Below, piece by piece: positions 1-12,635 of a stretch of 64,000 bases of DNA. The notes under the pieces were generated by a model, which saw only the letters and a program-made list of their open reading frames with translations, had not been told where the DNA came from and did no database searches. Location: NCBI GenBank assembly GCA_958009085.1, contig OY253675.1, forward strand, positions 1,116,001-1,180,000, read 5' to 3'. The position numbers were made by a program, and so were the translations under genes. The DNA is from Protoeuglena noctilucae (taxonomy: Eukaryota). Numbering within the stretch: position 1 is the stretch's first letter; the number at the start of each line of letters is the position of its first letter.

Positions 1-192
1 TTCGCAAGCAAGCACGCACGCACGAGCAGCTTGACTGAGCTGACGTGACCCTCCCAGGAACCCGCGTGACCCGCTACCTCTTTTCGAGACTGCTAACAAC
101 AAGCATCGCAATTCTCATCACCACTCGCTCCCTCACCCTGACCCCCCCAGGCCGCCCCCGCCCCCTCCCCTCCCCCGTCCTCTCCCCTCCAG

Positions 193-1967
193 GAGTTGGG
201 CGCCACGGCCCTGTCCCTCGGCCTCCTCTACGCCACGGACACGGGACTCAAGAAGGTGTTCCTGGAGAACGGCATCGCGTTCCCCGCTCCCCTGGCGGGC
301 ATGTTTGCAATCATTGGGGCACTGATCGTGCTGGCCACGGTCGCGGGGGATGAGAAGGCAGACGCCGCGGTGGACTGGTTCCGGTGAGACGAGAGATAGG
401 AAGTGATAGATGAGGGATGAGTGTTGATAGAGGAGAGATGAGAGTGGAGATGAGAGATGAGATGTCGTGGTGGACTGGTTGGTTTCGGTGAGGTTGGCGA
501 TGCGAGGCGTGAAGACAAGCTGTGGGGGATGGTAGGAAGAGTGTTGGTTCGCTTGCCTTCACCCTCTCTCGAGCATACAAGCACACACATGACATCATCT
601 TCCCAGCATATCACACCTCTCACCCCCACCCCACCCCCGTCCCCTCCCCAGCCCCGGCCTGGACTGGCTCGCCCGCTGGCTCCCCCTCTTCTATGTCCCC
701 TCCCTTGTCGTCGCGCCCGTGGCCATTGCCGCCGTCCCCGCCTCCCAGCTCACCCGCATCGTGGTTCTAGTCGTGGTTGGCATGGCTGCCTCCCTCGCTG
801 TCACCGCCCAGACCACCGTCGCCATCCGCGGCTTCACCAACACCACCGCGCTGCCCCCCACGCCCTCCAAGCCCAAGCCGGGCTTCACGAACGCGCACAG
901 CGTCGCGTGGGGCGCAGCTGCGGCTGCCTCCTTCGCTTTAGTAGCTGCGGGTGTGCCTGGGGTGGGCGTCGTGACCCCAGAGTCGGCGTTCATGCTTTCC
1001 GCCACGGTCGGTGGATTGCTGGTCGGCAGCGCCATGCCCGCTGGTTTCCGCCAGGTGGTGCACCCCGTGCTGACCATGGCGCTGATCGCCATGTCTGCCG
1101 GCCAGGCGCTGGCGTGGACGACCGGAGTCCCCCTGGAGTCGGTGTTTGCCACCTACCTCGCCAAGGGGAAGGGGCCCATGGGTGCAGGGGACCTCCTCAT
1201 GTCCTTCCTCGGATGCGTCATCCTGGTGAGACGAGCTGCGACTGTAAGAGATACTAGATGTATTACGACAGACACGACCGATTGTATGACACCGGTACAT
1301 CCCTCGTTGTCCTATCAGCTTCTGCCAACTCCCCTCTACCCTCTCCCTCTCCCCCAGTCCTTCGGCTTCCTTATCTGTAGTAACTAAGCAGCGCGCCATC
1401 ACACACCCGCTCTCTCACCCAGTCCCCCTCAGTCATTACCAACACACACTCTCCCTCTCCCCTCCCCCCCAGTCCTTCGGCTTCCGCATCTTTGAGCAGC
1501 GCGCCATCATGCGCCGACACTTCGTGGAGATCGTGGGGGGGTGCACCGCCTCCGCCCTCTTCGGCCTCTTCAGCTCCGCCGCCGCTGCACGCGCACTGGG
1601 CCTATCCCCAGACCTCGCCCTCTCCGTCGTGCCCCGCTCCGTCACCGTGGCGCTCGCCCTGCCCATCGCGACCCAGCTGGGCGCCACGCAGCTGTCCGTC
1701 ACCGCCACTGCTGTGATGCTTACGGGGCTGCTGGGGGCGTCATGTGCGCAGATCCTGCTCGATAAGCTCGGCTATAAGGACCCGATTGTGAGGGGCATGG
1801 CCACTGCGGGGTCCTCGCATGGACTGGGGACGGCGGCGTTGGCGGCTAAGGAGCCCGAAGCGCTGCCCTACTGCGCTCTCGCATACGCGGTCATCGGCAT
1901 CCTCGCCACTGTGTTCGCCAGCCTGCCGCCCGTCCGCGCCGCGCTCATCGCCATCTGCGGGGCTTAA
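193..1967 (+). CDS. PLGG1: LrgB-family membrane protein, plastid glycolate/glycerate transporter PLGG1-like (5' end lies outside the window; exons ~193-384, ~651-1225, 1473-1967)
   Basis: Spliced translation has FPAPLAGMF, RWLPLFYVPSLV, GAGDLLMSFLGCVIL-SFGF, VPRSVTVALALPI and RGMATAGSSHGLGTAAL..EPEALPYCALAY, typical of the LrgB/PLGG1 family; ends with TAA at 1965-1967. Confidence 0.9.
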
Positions 1968-2183
1968 CTTGGAAGGGGGTGCGGGGGGAGGGAACGTGCT
2001 TTGGTGGTGTGCCAAAGACGTTCCGTGCTTTCATCACTCGTGACGCCATAATTGCTTGCCATTGAAGGGAGACACCACAGCTGCGTGCATCCACTCGGTC
2101 CCTTCCCTTCAACACCATCAACAGCACCTGGTAAACCATCACATATCTCACGTCACATCACAGCACGTTCCCAATCTACCCCA

Positions 2184-3653
2184 TCATCGCAGCGTGCCCT
2201 TGGCCGGCGACCTCCCCCCTCCGTTCGGGGGCGAATTACCCCCGTTGCCACCCCCCGCGCCTTTCATATTGGCGAATTGCAGGAGCAGGCTGGGGTTGCG
2301 CGCCTTGACGAGCGCCGACATGTCGGAGAGCGTGGACTGCAGTGCGGCACACGTGGCCTTGAGTCGGCTGTAGCGGAAGACGATGTGGTCGCGGACGAGG
2401 GGCTCGGAGGCGGCGTCCAGGGCAACTGGGGGGGTGGGGGGTGGGGGGTAGTGTGGGTGGGGGTGTTAGTGGGGGTGGGGGGGGGGGTATCAGTGTTGGT
2501 GTGGGTGCATGAGTGCAAGCGTGCCTGATAAACACCAGCATGCCTTCTATCCCCATCCATCTCACCGGACAGGTGCTCCACGAACAAGCATGCCACTCAT
2601 CGACCTGTCCCTAGTATCTACAGTAACCATCTACCCCCCATCCATCTCACCCGACAAGTACCTAAGCATCCGACATGTCACTCATCGCCCATGCCACTCC
2701 TCTCACCCGACAGGTGCTCCACGAACTTGTAGTCGAGGATCTGCAAAAAGTCCAGCCTGGCCCGCAGCTGCGGCTGCATGGACAGAATACCCAAATACTG
2801 CCGCGGGTCCCGCAGGCAGCTGTTGAGGAGCTTGACTAGCAGCGCGGGGTACTCCCGGAAGCTGAGCATCAGTCGCTGGGCGTCCTGGACGTCGTGGAAC
2901 CCCGCCTCGTCGATCTCGTGCAGGTACAGGAACCAGAGGTTGGCCTCGCTGGAGAGCTCCACGCGGACGTACTGGGGGGGGGTGGGGTGGGGTGGGGTGA
3001 GTGGGGGGTGATGTGAGGGGTGGGAGGGGTGGGGGGTGAATGATGTGAGGAGAGGTGTGGGTGATGGAGAGCTCCACGCAGACGTACTGGGGGAGATGGG
3101 GGGGATGGGGGTGAGGTGAGGGGACAGCGGGTGAGTGAAGTGAGGGGGTAGAGGGGAGTGGGGGTGGGTGGGTGATGGGGACAGAGCTCTTCTCCTCTCG
3201 CCTCTGTTGACGACACTCGGCATACACACCATCAACACCCTCACTCCCATCCCTCACCTCCGGCGCGTGCTCCTCCCCCTTCAGCAGCACCTTGACCTTG
3301 ATGTTCTCCGTCGACCCCGCGTCGTGGGGCAACTCGGCGCCGTCACGCGCGCGCAGCTCCAGGGGAATCTCACGCTGATAGTAAACCCTACGAGGGGGGA
3401 GGGGCGGACAGAGATCGGCATATAGTAATGGCATCGCTAGACTTTTGGCATGGACGACAAAGAGGGGGCGCAGGGGACTCGGAGCAACGTCTGATGCGCC
3501 AATATCGGGACTGAATGCAAAAACATACTGAATATAAAGGCAATGGAGGCACCGGTCGCCCATCGCGGGGCCCCGATCGCCGCGGCGGCCTCACCAAAAG
3601 CCGCCCGCCAGCGATGGGTCCGGGTCGACCGGCTCCATCGCGCTCATGTCCAT
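2184..3653 (-). CDS. SAS6L: SAS6-like protein (SAS-6 N-terminal head domain plus short coiled coil), 4 exons
   Basis: Spliced: MDMSAMEPVDPDPSLAGGFWVYYQREIPLELR..IKVKVL..YVRVELSSEANLWFLYLH..QRLMLSFREYPALLVKLLNSC..ARLDFLQILDYKFVEHLS..HIVFRYSRLK..VKARNPSLLLQ. This fits the short SAS6L paralog rather than long-coiled-coil SAS-6. Confidence 0.85.
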
Positions 3654-4582
3654 CGCGGACACCTCGGCGAGAGATCGGTCCACCGACCGCGAAAGCGCCG
3701 CCATTGTCCGCCCGCCCGGCCGCTGCGGGGAGGGAACGACAGCCACTTCCAAATGTATGCACAGCGCCGCCCGCCCGACGGCGTGGGAGGAGCGAGTCCA
3801 CGCCCAACATCGCGCTCAGATGTCCGCAAGCGAGGCGGCCGGCACGCGTCGCGCTACGGCGGCAAGGAGGCCGGCGGGCGGGGTCGCAACGCACGGCCGG
3901 CGATGGGGACCGCATCGGCCGTCCGGAGAGCGCCGGAGTCACATTCGCGGACGCGCGAGGGATGACATGACGCTAAATGGCGCGGAGAGAAGCCACGGAC
4001 GCCATCCGGAGCTCTGGTGCGCGGCCCCATAGGCACGTCCCCAGCAAACGCTAACACCGCCCCGCGACACGCAGCAGCCGCACGCGCACCTGCAGCGACG
4101 CCCCAGGCCGCAGCCGTCTCTTCGACAAAACCGCGACCAAGCCTCTCGACGACGGGCGTGCAGCGGGCGTGTCACAGGCGACGAAGCAAGCGAGATGAGC
4201 GCCTTCCGTCAGGACTGGAAAGAAACGTCGTGCTCGATTTGTATTAAACGCAATTGCCGAGTCCGGGCGTGCCAGGGAGGTCTAGGCGGCGCCCCAGCTT
4301 CCGAGCAAAGTTCAAACAAAAGAACCTGACAGCCGGTGCCGGTCCCTCGCGCCCGTCCACCCCACGGCCTCCACTATGCACGGCATATCAGCGGTAGCCT
4401 TTCTTGCATGGCCGTCTGCTTGCTGGCTCCCCATCGGTGGCCTCTGGTGCCGCAAGTGCCCGCGTCCCGTGCAGCGTGCGCCCCCCTCTAGGGCGCCGTC
4501 TGTGGCGCGCCGCACCCTGGACCGCTACGTCTGACGCGAGTCGGGTGTCCCCGCAGCGAAGTGTGGCACCGCGCGGCCGGCC

Positions 4583-7500
4583 ATGGCCGCGCTGGAGGGC
4601 CCCGACCTCCGGAGGGAGCGGGACTTCGACCGGACGCTTTTGGTGGAGACGGCGGGGGGCCTGGGCAAGTGGGAGGAAGATGGGAGCGGGAGACAAAAGT
4701 ATGTCAAGAGCGAGGACTGCACCGGTGAGGGCCGCGCCCTGGCGCCGCGGGGAGCAAAGCGCGGGCCCGCTGAGCCCCGCCCCGCTCCCGCGCGCGCCCC
4801 GCGGCGCCCTCCGCGCCCCGCCGGTGGCTGCGAGTGCAATGTTCGTTCACGCGGTCGCAGTGCCACTTCTACGCGAACACCCGCGCGTTCGTTCCAAACA
4901 CACTTCGACCATGCTGCGCTTCCCCCGCTGCGTCGTTGCGCGTAAAGAAGACAAAATGCCTCGGTACCGTTATCTTTAATAACCTGTTTTCCATTCGCAG
5001 AGTACCTCGTGGACCTTCTGCGGTTCCTGGCCTACGACGACCCCGAGACGAAGCTGGCGCTGATGCTCCTCCACAAGCTGCGCATCGTGGAGTCGGACAT
5101 CGTGCCCCTGGTGAGATGCGAACCCATTCATAAGCTGGCAAAATGCTGGTCTCCCGTTGGCAGCTGCGGGTGTCCACCTCACCCCATCAGTGGCTCGATG
5201 CACCCACCCATTGCAATGCTGTTGGCCCTTCCTCTCCCACCTCACCCTTTCACTCTCACTCCCGCCTCATTCTCTCGCCCTCACTCCCATCCCCCCTGCT
5301 CCGCACACCACCTCACAACCCCACCCCTCCCCACCCCCACGCAACTCACCCCACACCCCACACCCACTCACCCACCCCCCCCAGCTCGAGTGCTACGCGG
5401 ACGACCCCGACGTGGCATTCCAGGCCCTCCGCGTCGCCACGCTCCTCACCTTCCCAGACGCGGACCCGGTGGCAGCCGACGCACGCGCCCTCCGACCCAT
5501 CGACCCGGACGCCAGGGCGGCTGCCGAGGCGTCGGTCGCCGCGCTGGCCGCCATGGCGCGCTCCCGCACCGCCCTCGGCGCGCTCGTCACTTTGGCCGCC
5601 GCCCCCCTGTCGCGCCACCCCCGCATGACGGAGCGCGACGCTCAGGTAGTGCAGCTGGTGCTGACCTTCGCCCGTAATGCCCTGGCCCTCGCGGGGGGGT
5701 GCGGGGGCGTGGAGGTGCCGCGATCGCTGCGGGCGGACCTGCTGGGGAGGCTGGGGGAGGAGGGGGTGTTGGATCTGGTGGCGGCGGTGGCGCAGCACTC
5801 GGACGCGGCGCCCTTCAAGGAGGACCGCACGTTGTTGCTGGAGCTGGTGGCGCTCATCGTCAAGGTGAGGGGGAGTTGTGGCGGGGGGGCTTCAATTGAT
5901 TGTTGCACTACTTGAGAAGGGCGATGGTTAACATGCTCGCAACCCCCCACTTGATGTGTCTCTACTTCGCTACACCCCCATCCTCATCCATCCATCCATT
6001 CCATCCATCCACCCACCCACACAAACACACACCCCCTCTCCCTCTCACCCCCAGGACGCCCCCGTCGTCGACATCCTCGCCACCCAAAGGGACCCCAACA
6101 CTGCCACCGCCATTGCCACCACCACCGCCACTGCAGCCAACGCGCTCCCCACCCAGCGCAGCCAGGCCCCCGTCTCCCGCAAGCCCCCCGCCCCCTTCGC
6201 CACGGCAATCGCCACCGCCCACCACCACCCCAACCCCAGCGCGTGCCCCCCCGACCCCCGCCGCCACCCCCGCTTCATGCGTGGCCCCGCCTCGCTGCGC
6301 CACGCGGCGTCGCTGGGTCTGGTGGACTATGCGGACATGACTAGGCGGCTGCTGGGGACGGGCAAGTCGCAGGGGGGGGGGCGGGGCGGTGAAGCGCAAG
6401 CACTCGGTGAGGGGGGGTGGTGTGGGTGGTGCATGGGTGATGCATGGGTGGAGGTGTGGGTGGTGTATGGGTGGTGGTGTGGTGAGGGGTGATGTGGGTG
6501 TTGGTGGATGGGGTGGGTGGTGCATGGGTGGTGGTGTGTCAGGTTGTCGTGATGAAGAGCTGATGCGTTGGTGTGGAGCTGCCTTGGTGTTGGGCTGAGC
6601 AACTGCCATCGCAGCTAGCACTGCTGTTGTTATTGCTAGTGACTTACAGTATTACGACTCAGCACTATCACGGTCGCCCGTCCTAGTTACCCCGCCACCC
6701 CCCCCCCCTGTCGCATCGCAGGCCTACCCCGCCCTCCTCGCCCCCACCGCCGCCCTCTCTGCCACCACGCTGCGCCACCTGTCTGCCTTCGCGGAGGCAT
6801 TCCTAGACGGGGCTTACGATGTGCTGATGGAGGGGGTCAGCCGGGAGATCCAGAAGGTGAGAGGGAGGGGGAGCAATGTGCATATCAGCTTGGTGTGCTG
6901 ATGGAGGGGGTGGGTCAGCTGGGAGATACAGAAGGTGAAGAGGGGTTTGGGGGGGAGTGGTGTGTGGGTGGAGTGCCTGGTGTGGGATGAGCGGGTGGGA
7001 TGAGGGGGTGAGGTTGGATGGAAAGCGTAGCTGTATGGATTGGCAGTGTCAGTACTCTCACCCTCGCTGCCACCCGCACTGCCACCCTTATCACCACCCC
7101 CACTGCCACCCTCACTGCCACCCTTATCACCACCCCCACTGCCACCCCCACTGCCACCCTCACTGCCACCCTCACTGCCACTCCCCCAGGGCCGCCTCCT
7201 CTCTCGCTTGAGTGACCGTGAGTTCAGTCACTGGATCGCCGTGGCTCGCTTCTTCACCGAGTATGCCACCAGAGCAGTGGAAGCGGGGGCGGCAGCGGCA
7301 GCGGCGGGGCGCGACGAGGGGGGGCAGTGGCGCGTGCAGGTGAGGGGTGGGGTGGGGGTAGCAGATGGGGAGATTGACGAGATGTTGGGTTTTCAATGAC
7401 GCATCTCATCATCAATACAAACCCTCTCTCCCTCCCCCCCCCCCCCCTCCAGCTGTGCCGCGTCTCCGCCACCCTCGGCTGGGAGTCGTTCAAACTGGCC

Positions 7501-10500
7501 ACGGAGGTGTGGACGGAGCAGCTGGACCTGCCCCAGGGCGCGGAGAGCAAGCACGCGCACCTGCAGCGGTGCGCGCTGGGGCTGGTGAAGGAGATGCTGC
7601 TGGCACTGGAGGCGGCGGGCAGGCACGGGCAGGAGGGGGACCGGGACGCTGCCGACCGCATCCAGCGGTGAGGTTATGAGTGGGTGTATGATATATACAT
7701 ACTGTTTATATCATATGTTATGTATATATATGACTGCATAGGTGACTGCATGGTCGAGGGTGCAGAGGGGGACCGGGACGCCGCCGACTGCATCCAGCGG
7801 TGAGGGGAGAGGGGGGGAGAGGACGGGTGTTGTGTGTGTATGATGTATAGTACATTATATATGCGTTATTATTGCAGTGACTTGGCTTTACAGGTGCCTA
7901 TCCGCGTCTCTCTCCCCCTCCCCCCCCCCCCAGCCGCCTGCTCTTCGACCTGGGCCACACCCCCGCAACCCATCCCTCCCTCTGTATCCCCACCTCTCTC
8001 CCCACTCCCATATCCACTTATTTAAATTACTCTCCCCATCTCCCCCCGCCCCCCCCCCCCCCCCCCCCCTCAGCCGCCTTCTCTTCGACCTGGGCCGTGC
8101 CACCGGGCTGCTCCCCAGCCTGGTCCGCGCCGTGCGGCAGTTCAAGTACGGGGCACAAGAAGCGAGAGAGGCGTTTGACTTGATAGAGGCCATCCACGTG
8201 GCGCTGCGGATGCTGGAGGAGCTGGACCGGCGGAGAGGGGGGGGTTCGTGGTGGCGGGGGTCCGGAGGGGGGGGAGGAAGAGGGGGGGGGAGGTGAGGGG
8301 GGGGGTGGTTGCGATGAGGGGTGAATGGGTGAGATGGGGTGAATGGATGGTGAAGGATGATGGGGGTGAATGGGAGGTGATGGAATGAGGGGTGGTGTGA
8401 GGGGTAGGGGAGATGCTTGTGGTGACTGTAAGTGTCAGTCATTGACAGCGCTGCAGTCCATAACAACTGCGTCGCTTCATTCCCTTCAGTCGCAGGTGCC
8501 GAGTGCGCCGCGGGTGGTGGAGGTGGGAGAGGGAGGGGGTGACGGTGAGGGAGGGAGGGGGATGTGGGTGAAGTGTGCATCAATAACACATGCATGCATG
8601 ATGTGACACGCACGCTTAGCACTGGCTCTCCCTCTTGCTCACCGCCTCACTTCATCACTCGCGTACTGCAACACTCACCTCCCACTCACCTACCCCCTCC
8701 CCCCCCCATCCATCGCAGCCCCTGCCGGCATGGGTGCGGATGTCACGCACGACAGCACTCCCCAGCAGCAGGAGGGCGTGCTGCAGCTGCGTCAGTGGCT
8801 GGCCATGGAGATCGGTCACCAGGACATGCTCAGGTTCTACACAGACGTGCTCAGCGACTGGTGAGTGGCTATTACTATAATGATGATAAGTGGAATTGAG
8901 AAGTGGGATAGAGTGACATGGTGGGGTTCTACACGGACATACTCAGCGACTGGTGAGTGGAAACGGGTGATAGTGAATGGGCCGGATGGATGTGAGAGTA
9001 ATGAGGGGCAGCAAACATGTGCATGGCAAACACACCCGTATCCCCATCCCGCCACTCTCACTGCCACCCTCACTGCCACCTGCACCGCCACCCACACCCT
9101 CACCCCCACACCCCCCCCCCCTACTTCCCCCAGGCCCACCCTCCCCCCCTACACCCTCCACTGCGCCGTGGCCTTCCTGCACCGACTACTCGACCCCAAG
9201 GGACTGGCCATGGCTCCAATGCTGTGGAATCTCCCGTTACTGACAATCATGGACGAGGTGCTGAGTCATGGAGACCTGACGTCAGGGGACGGTGCCAGAA
9301 AGCGGGCGTTTCTGGCAAAGTACGGGGAGCTGGCGGGGGTGTGCCGGGAGACGGTGCGGCGGCTGATGGGGAGGCTGAGGATGGGGATGGGCGGTGATGG
9401 CGGTGGTGGTGGGGGAGAGAGGGGGGAGAGAGAGGGGTGGGAGGGTGTGGGGGTGGGGGTGCAGGCGGGGGTGATGTCGCCGGAAGGGGGGGTGGGGGGA
9501 GGTGAGGGGGTGATTGTTGGGGGGGTTGCGGGTTGTGGGGATGTGGGGGTATAGGAATGGTGAGGTGCGAGTGCAGCGATGAAAACTGGCAATGCATGGA
9601 CTAGGCTGTCATTCCTATTGTTTTGCTGTCATTTCTGTTGCTGTTGTTGTTCGTCGTCCACCGTCACACCATGCTCCCTATGCCACCCCCACCGCCCCAC
9701 TTATCACTCACCCCTGCCCCCACCTCTCCCCCCCCCTCGCAGTCGCATCCCCGCACACAGCCGCGGCCACAGCTGCACTCGCATCTGCCGATCCCAGCGG
9801 CACCTCACCCCGCCCCGTGCAACTGCGTGAGAGGGAGCGTGAGGTGGTGTCGCACGTGCGGGCGATGGCGTTCGTGGAGATGTGCTTCGTGCCGTGCCGC
9901 AAGTGAGGAATGTAATATGAGATGTGGCTTGTGGATATATGTGATAGGTATCTTACATATACATATGTGGTAGATGCACAAGCGACCGTGTGTTGCACTA
10001 CCCACGTGCCTACTCATGCTAGCCGTCAGCTGGAGCTTTCACTGTCACTTACAATCCGTGAATGTGGTCATTCACCGTCTCCCTCTCTCTCCCCCATTTC
10101 CAGGGACGTGGAGTCGATTGCCAACGACTACTACTACAAAAAGGAGCTCTTCCCATCGCCCAAGCGGCGGAGGCGCAGGCACAGCGACGCGGAAGATGGT
10201 GCGAATAATAACGGGAATAATAATAATGATGGGAATAACGGTGACATCGACGCGTCGCTGGCCGGGGACCTGTTCGGGGGTCAGAGTACGGGGAGGGACG
10301 GGATGCGTGATCGTGCTTTGGCCAAGCGGAGGAGGGGGGAGCGGAGGCGGGTGATGGAGGAGGACGTTGCGAGGGTGAAGGAGGTGTACGAGGGTGAGAG
10401 ATGGTTATCTTGGGGGAGTGGGTGTGGTTGTGGGGAGGGAGTGGTTGTGAGGATGTGGCGAGAGTGAAGGTGTATGAGGGTGAGAGACGGTATGGGTTTT

Positions 10501-12322
10501 TATGGGGGGGTGTATGAGGGTGAGTGGATGGCTGCATGTGTGGTTGAGAGAGTCATAGATAGGTCTTCCTCTCTCCACATCACTCATCACCGTCACCCCC
10601 TTGCTACCCCCCACTCTCTACTCCCATTCCCCCCCCCAACATCTCTCCACACCACCCTCACCCTCACTAAAACCCCACTCACCACCCCCCCCAGGCCTCC
10701 CCACCAAGCGCCACGCCCCCCGCGACATCGCACGCATGCTCAAGGGGCAAGTGCCACCGGCCACCGTCACATCGGCGCTGCAGCAGCTGGGTCTGTGGGA
10801 CGAGAGCGCGTGGGGCAAGTCGCCGGGAGCGAGGGCGGCGCGGGCGATGGCGGGGCTGCGGGGGGCGGGGTGGGGGAACGCGGTGGGGGTGGTGACGGCG
10901 GTGGTGCGAACAAGGCTCAGGTGGGTGGGATATGCGGGGATGGGATGGGAAACGGCATATCAATGATAGCGTGTCAGTATTGGCAGATCGCGTGCTATGG
11001 TACTCTCTTAATGTGCGGTATTGCTGACGAACAAATCGGACGCGCGTTTTGCGCCATGCGCCATGTGCCCAGTTGTACAGAGCATCCGCTGAGCACTCAG
11101 TGTAACTGACTCTTTCCTACTATCGCGACCGTGTCTCGCAGGGAGGCGGCTCTGCTCTGGGACTGCGACCCCACCGCCGCCTACGAGGTCATCCCCTGTG
11201 ACGGCGACCAGGCGCGGGCGCTGGGGATGGGGCACACGGCGGCGCTGCTCCTGGCGCTGGGGTTCGCGAAACCCACGTGAGTGTTGCTGGTTAGGGGGTG
11301 GGGGGGGTTGGATGTGGGGGGTGATGAAGGTGACGGTGATGAGTGATGGGACAGAGGGGTGGTGGGGTTGGTGGGGTGGAGTAGGTAGGGCATGGGTGTC
11401 GGTGCATGGCTGTTGCATGGCAATGCATGACATGGTTGTGCTTACTACACTCCCACGCCCATCGCTCACCCCACACACCAGCACCAACCCCCCTTTCCCA
11501 CCCCACACTCGCGCAGAGAGGCTTCTCCTTACTTCCGCCTCTCCCCTCTCGTGGGCGCCGAGGGGGCCCGGCAGTCGCTGGAGAGATTCGAACTCGCGTT
11601 AACTGAGTCGGAGCGATTGCACGCTTTGTGGGGTGCGGAGAAGGGGGGCAAGGTGGTGAAGAGACAGGATAAGGGGAGTAAAGGGAATAAGAGGAAGAAG
11701 CGGGGTGGTAGCGATGATGATGAGGAGGTGGTGGAGGTGCTGAGTGAGGGTGGGGAGAGCGATGGCGTGAGTGATGGGGAGGTGGGGAGCAGCAGTGACG
11801 ATGGGAAGGGTGTGGTGGAGGTGGGGAGCGATGGGGAGGGCGAGATGAGCGAGGGGGAGAGGGGCGGGGCTGTGAGGGCGGAGGGGGGCAGTGGCAAGGG
11901 TGGCAGTGGCGAGGGTGGCAGTGCGGGGGCGGGGGCGGGGCGAGGGAAGGGGGCTGCGCAAGGAAAGGGGGCGGTGGTGGATGTGGAGAGTGATGGGGAG
12001 GTGGAGATTACGAGAGAGTTGGAAGAGCTGCGGAGGGCGAGGGAGAGGGCGGGGAGGGACAGGTGAGGGGGGGTTGCTGTGGGTGCATGCGAGGGTGGCG
12101 ATGGGTGGGGGGGTGCACGTGCGATGTGCATACTATGCATCATGCGTATATGTGTATATGAGTGAATAGGAACGTTTGCTCCACTCGCCAATCTGCAGGG
12201 CGGCTGCGGAGGTGGGCGGTGTGCGCCTGGTGCGTGTGGCGGGCGCAGAGGCGGGCGGGGGTGCGGGTGCAAGTGAGGTGGTGGGTCTGGAGGACAGCGA
12301 CAGTGACTTGGAGATGGTTTGA
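4583..12322 (+). CDS. TIMELESS: Timeless/Tof1/Swi1 replication-fork protection protein, multi-exon
   Basis: N-terminus GLGKWEE..YVKSEDCTEYLVDLLRFLAYDD..IVESDIVPL, then VVQLVLTFARNAL, LLLELVALI, F.EAFLDGAYDVLM, RLLFD, HCAVAFLHRL..LAMAPMLWNLPLL; acidic low-complexity C-terminus. Internal exon boundaries are approximate. Confidence 0.85.
7058..7181 (+). repeat. Intronic minisatellite with a ~12-nt CACTGCCACCCT unit (related arrays at ~9050-9100 and, on the minus strand, ~21120-21360)
   Basis: Repeated cactgccaccct/cactgccacccc units read directly. Confidence 0.85.
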
Positions 12323-12635
12323 CGGGCTGTCATGAGCTCAAGTGGATTTGGTGGCGTGACGAGGTGCCATGATAGGGGCTTAGGGAGAGAGGGTCGCATC
12401 TGCTGCATGGGGTGGGGCACCCAGCATTGTGAGCTTGCCAGCCTCACGTCATGTCATGTTCAGTGCGATAACTAAGATGACCGAGTTGTTATAATTAGGG
12501 TTAGACCATCGAATGCTTGTAATTACTTTGTTTGAAACCCAGCCAGCAAGACTCGCTGACAGCCTATGGCTGACAGCAAAGCACGAAGTACGCATGCATC
12601 AGCACACCTCCCCCTTTCAGCCAAAGTCCATTCCA

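Noticed and set aside
10204..10240. AAT microsatellite in Timeless
   Set aside because: It simply encodes a short Asn-rich linker.
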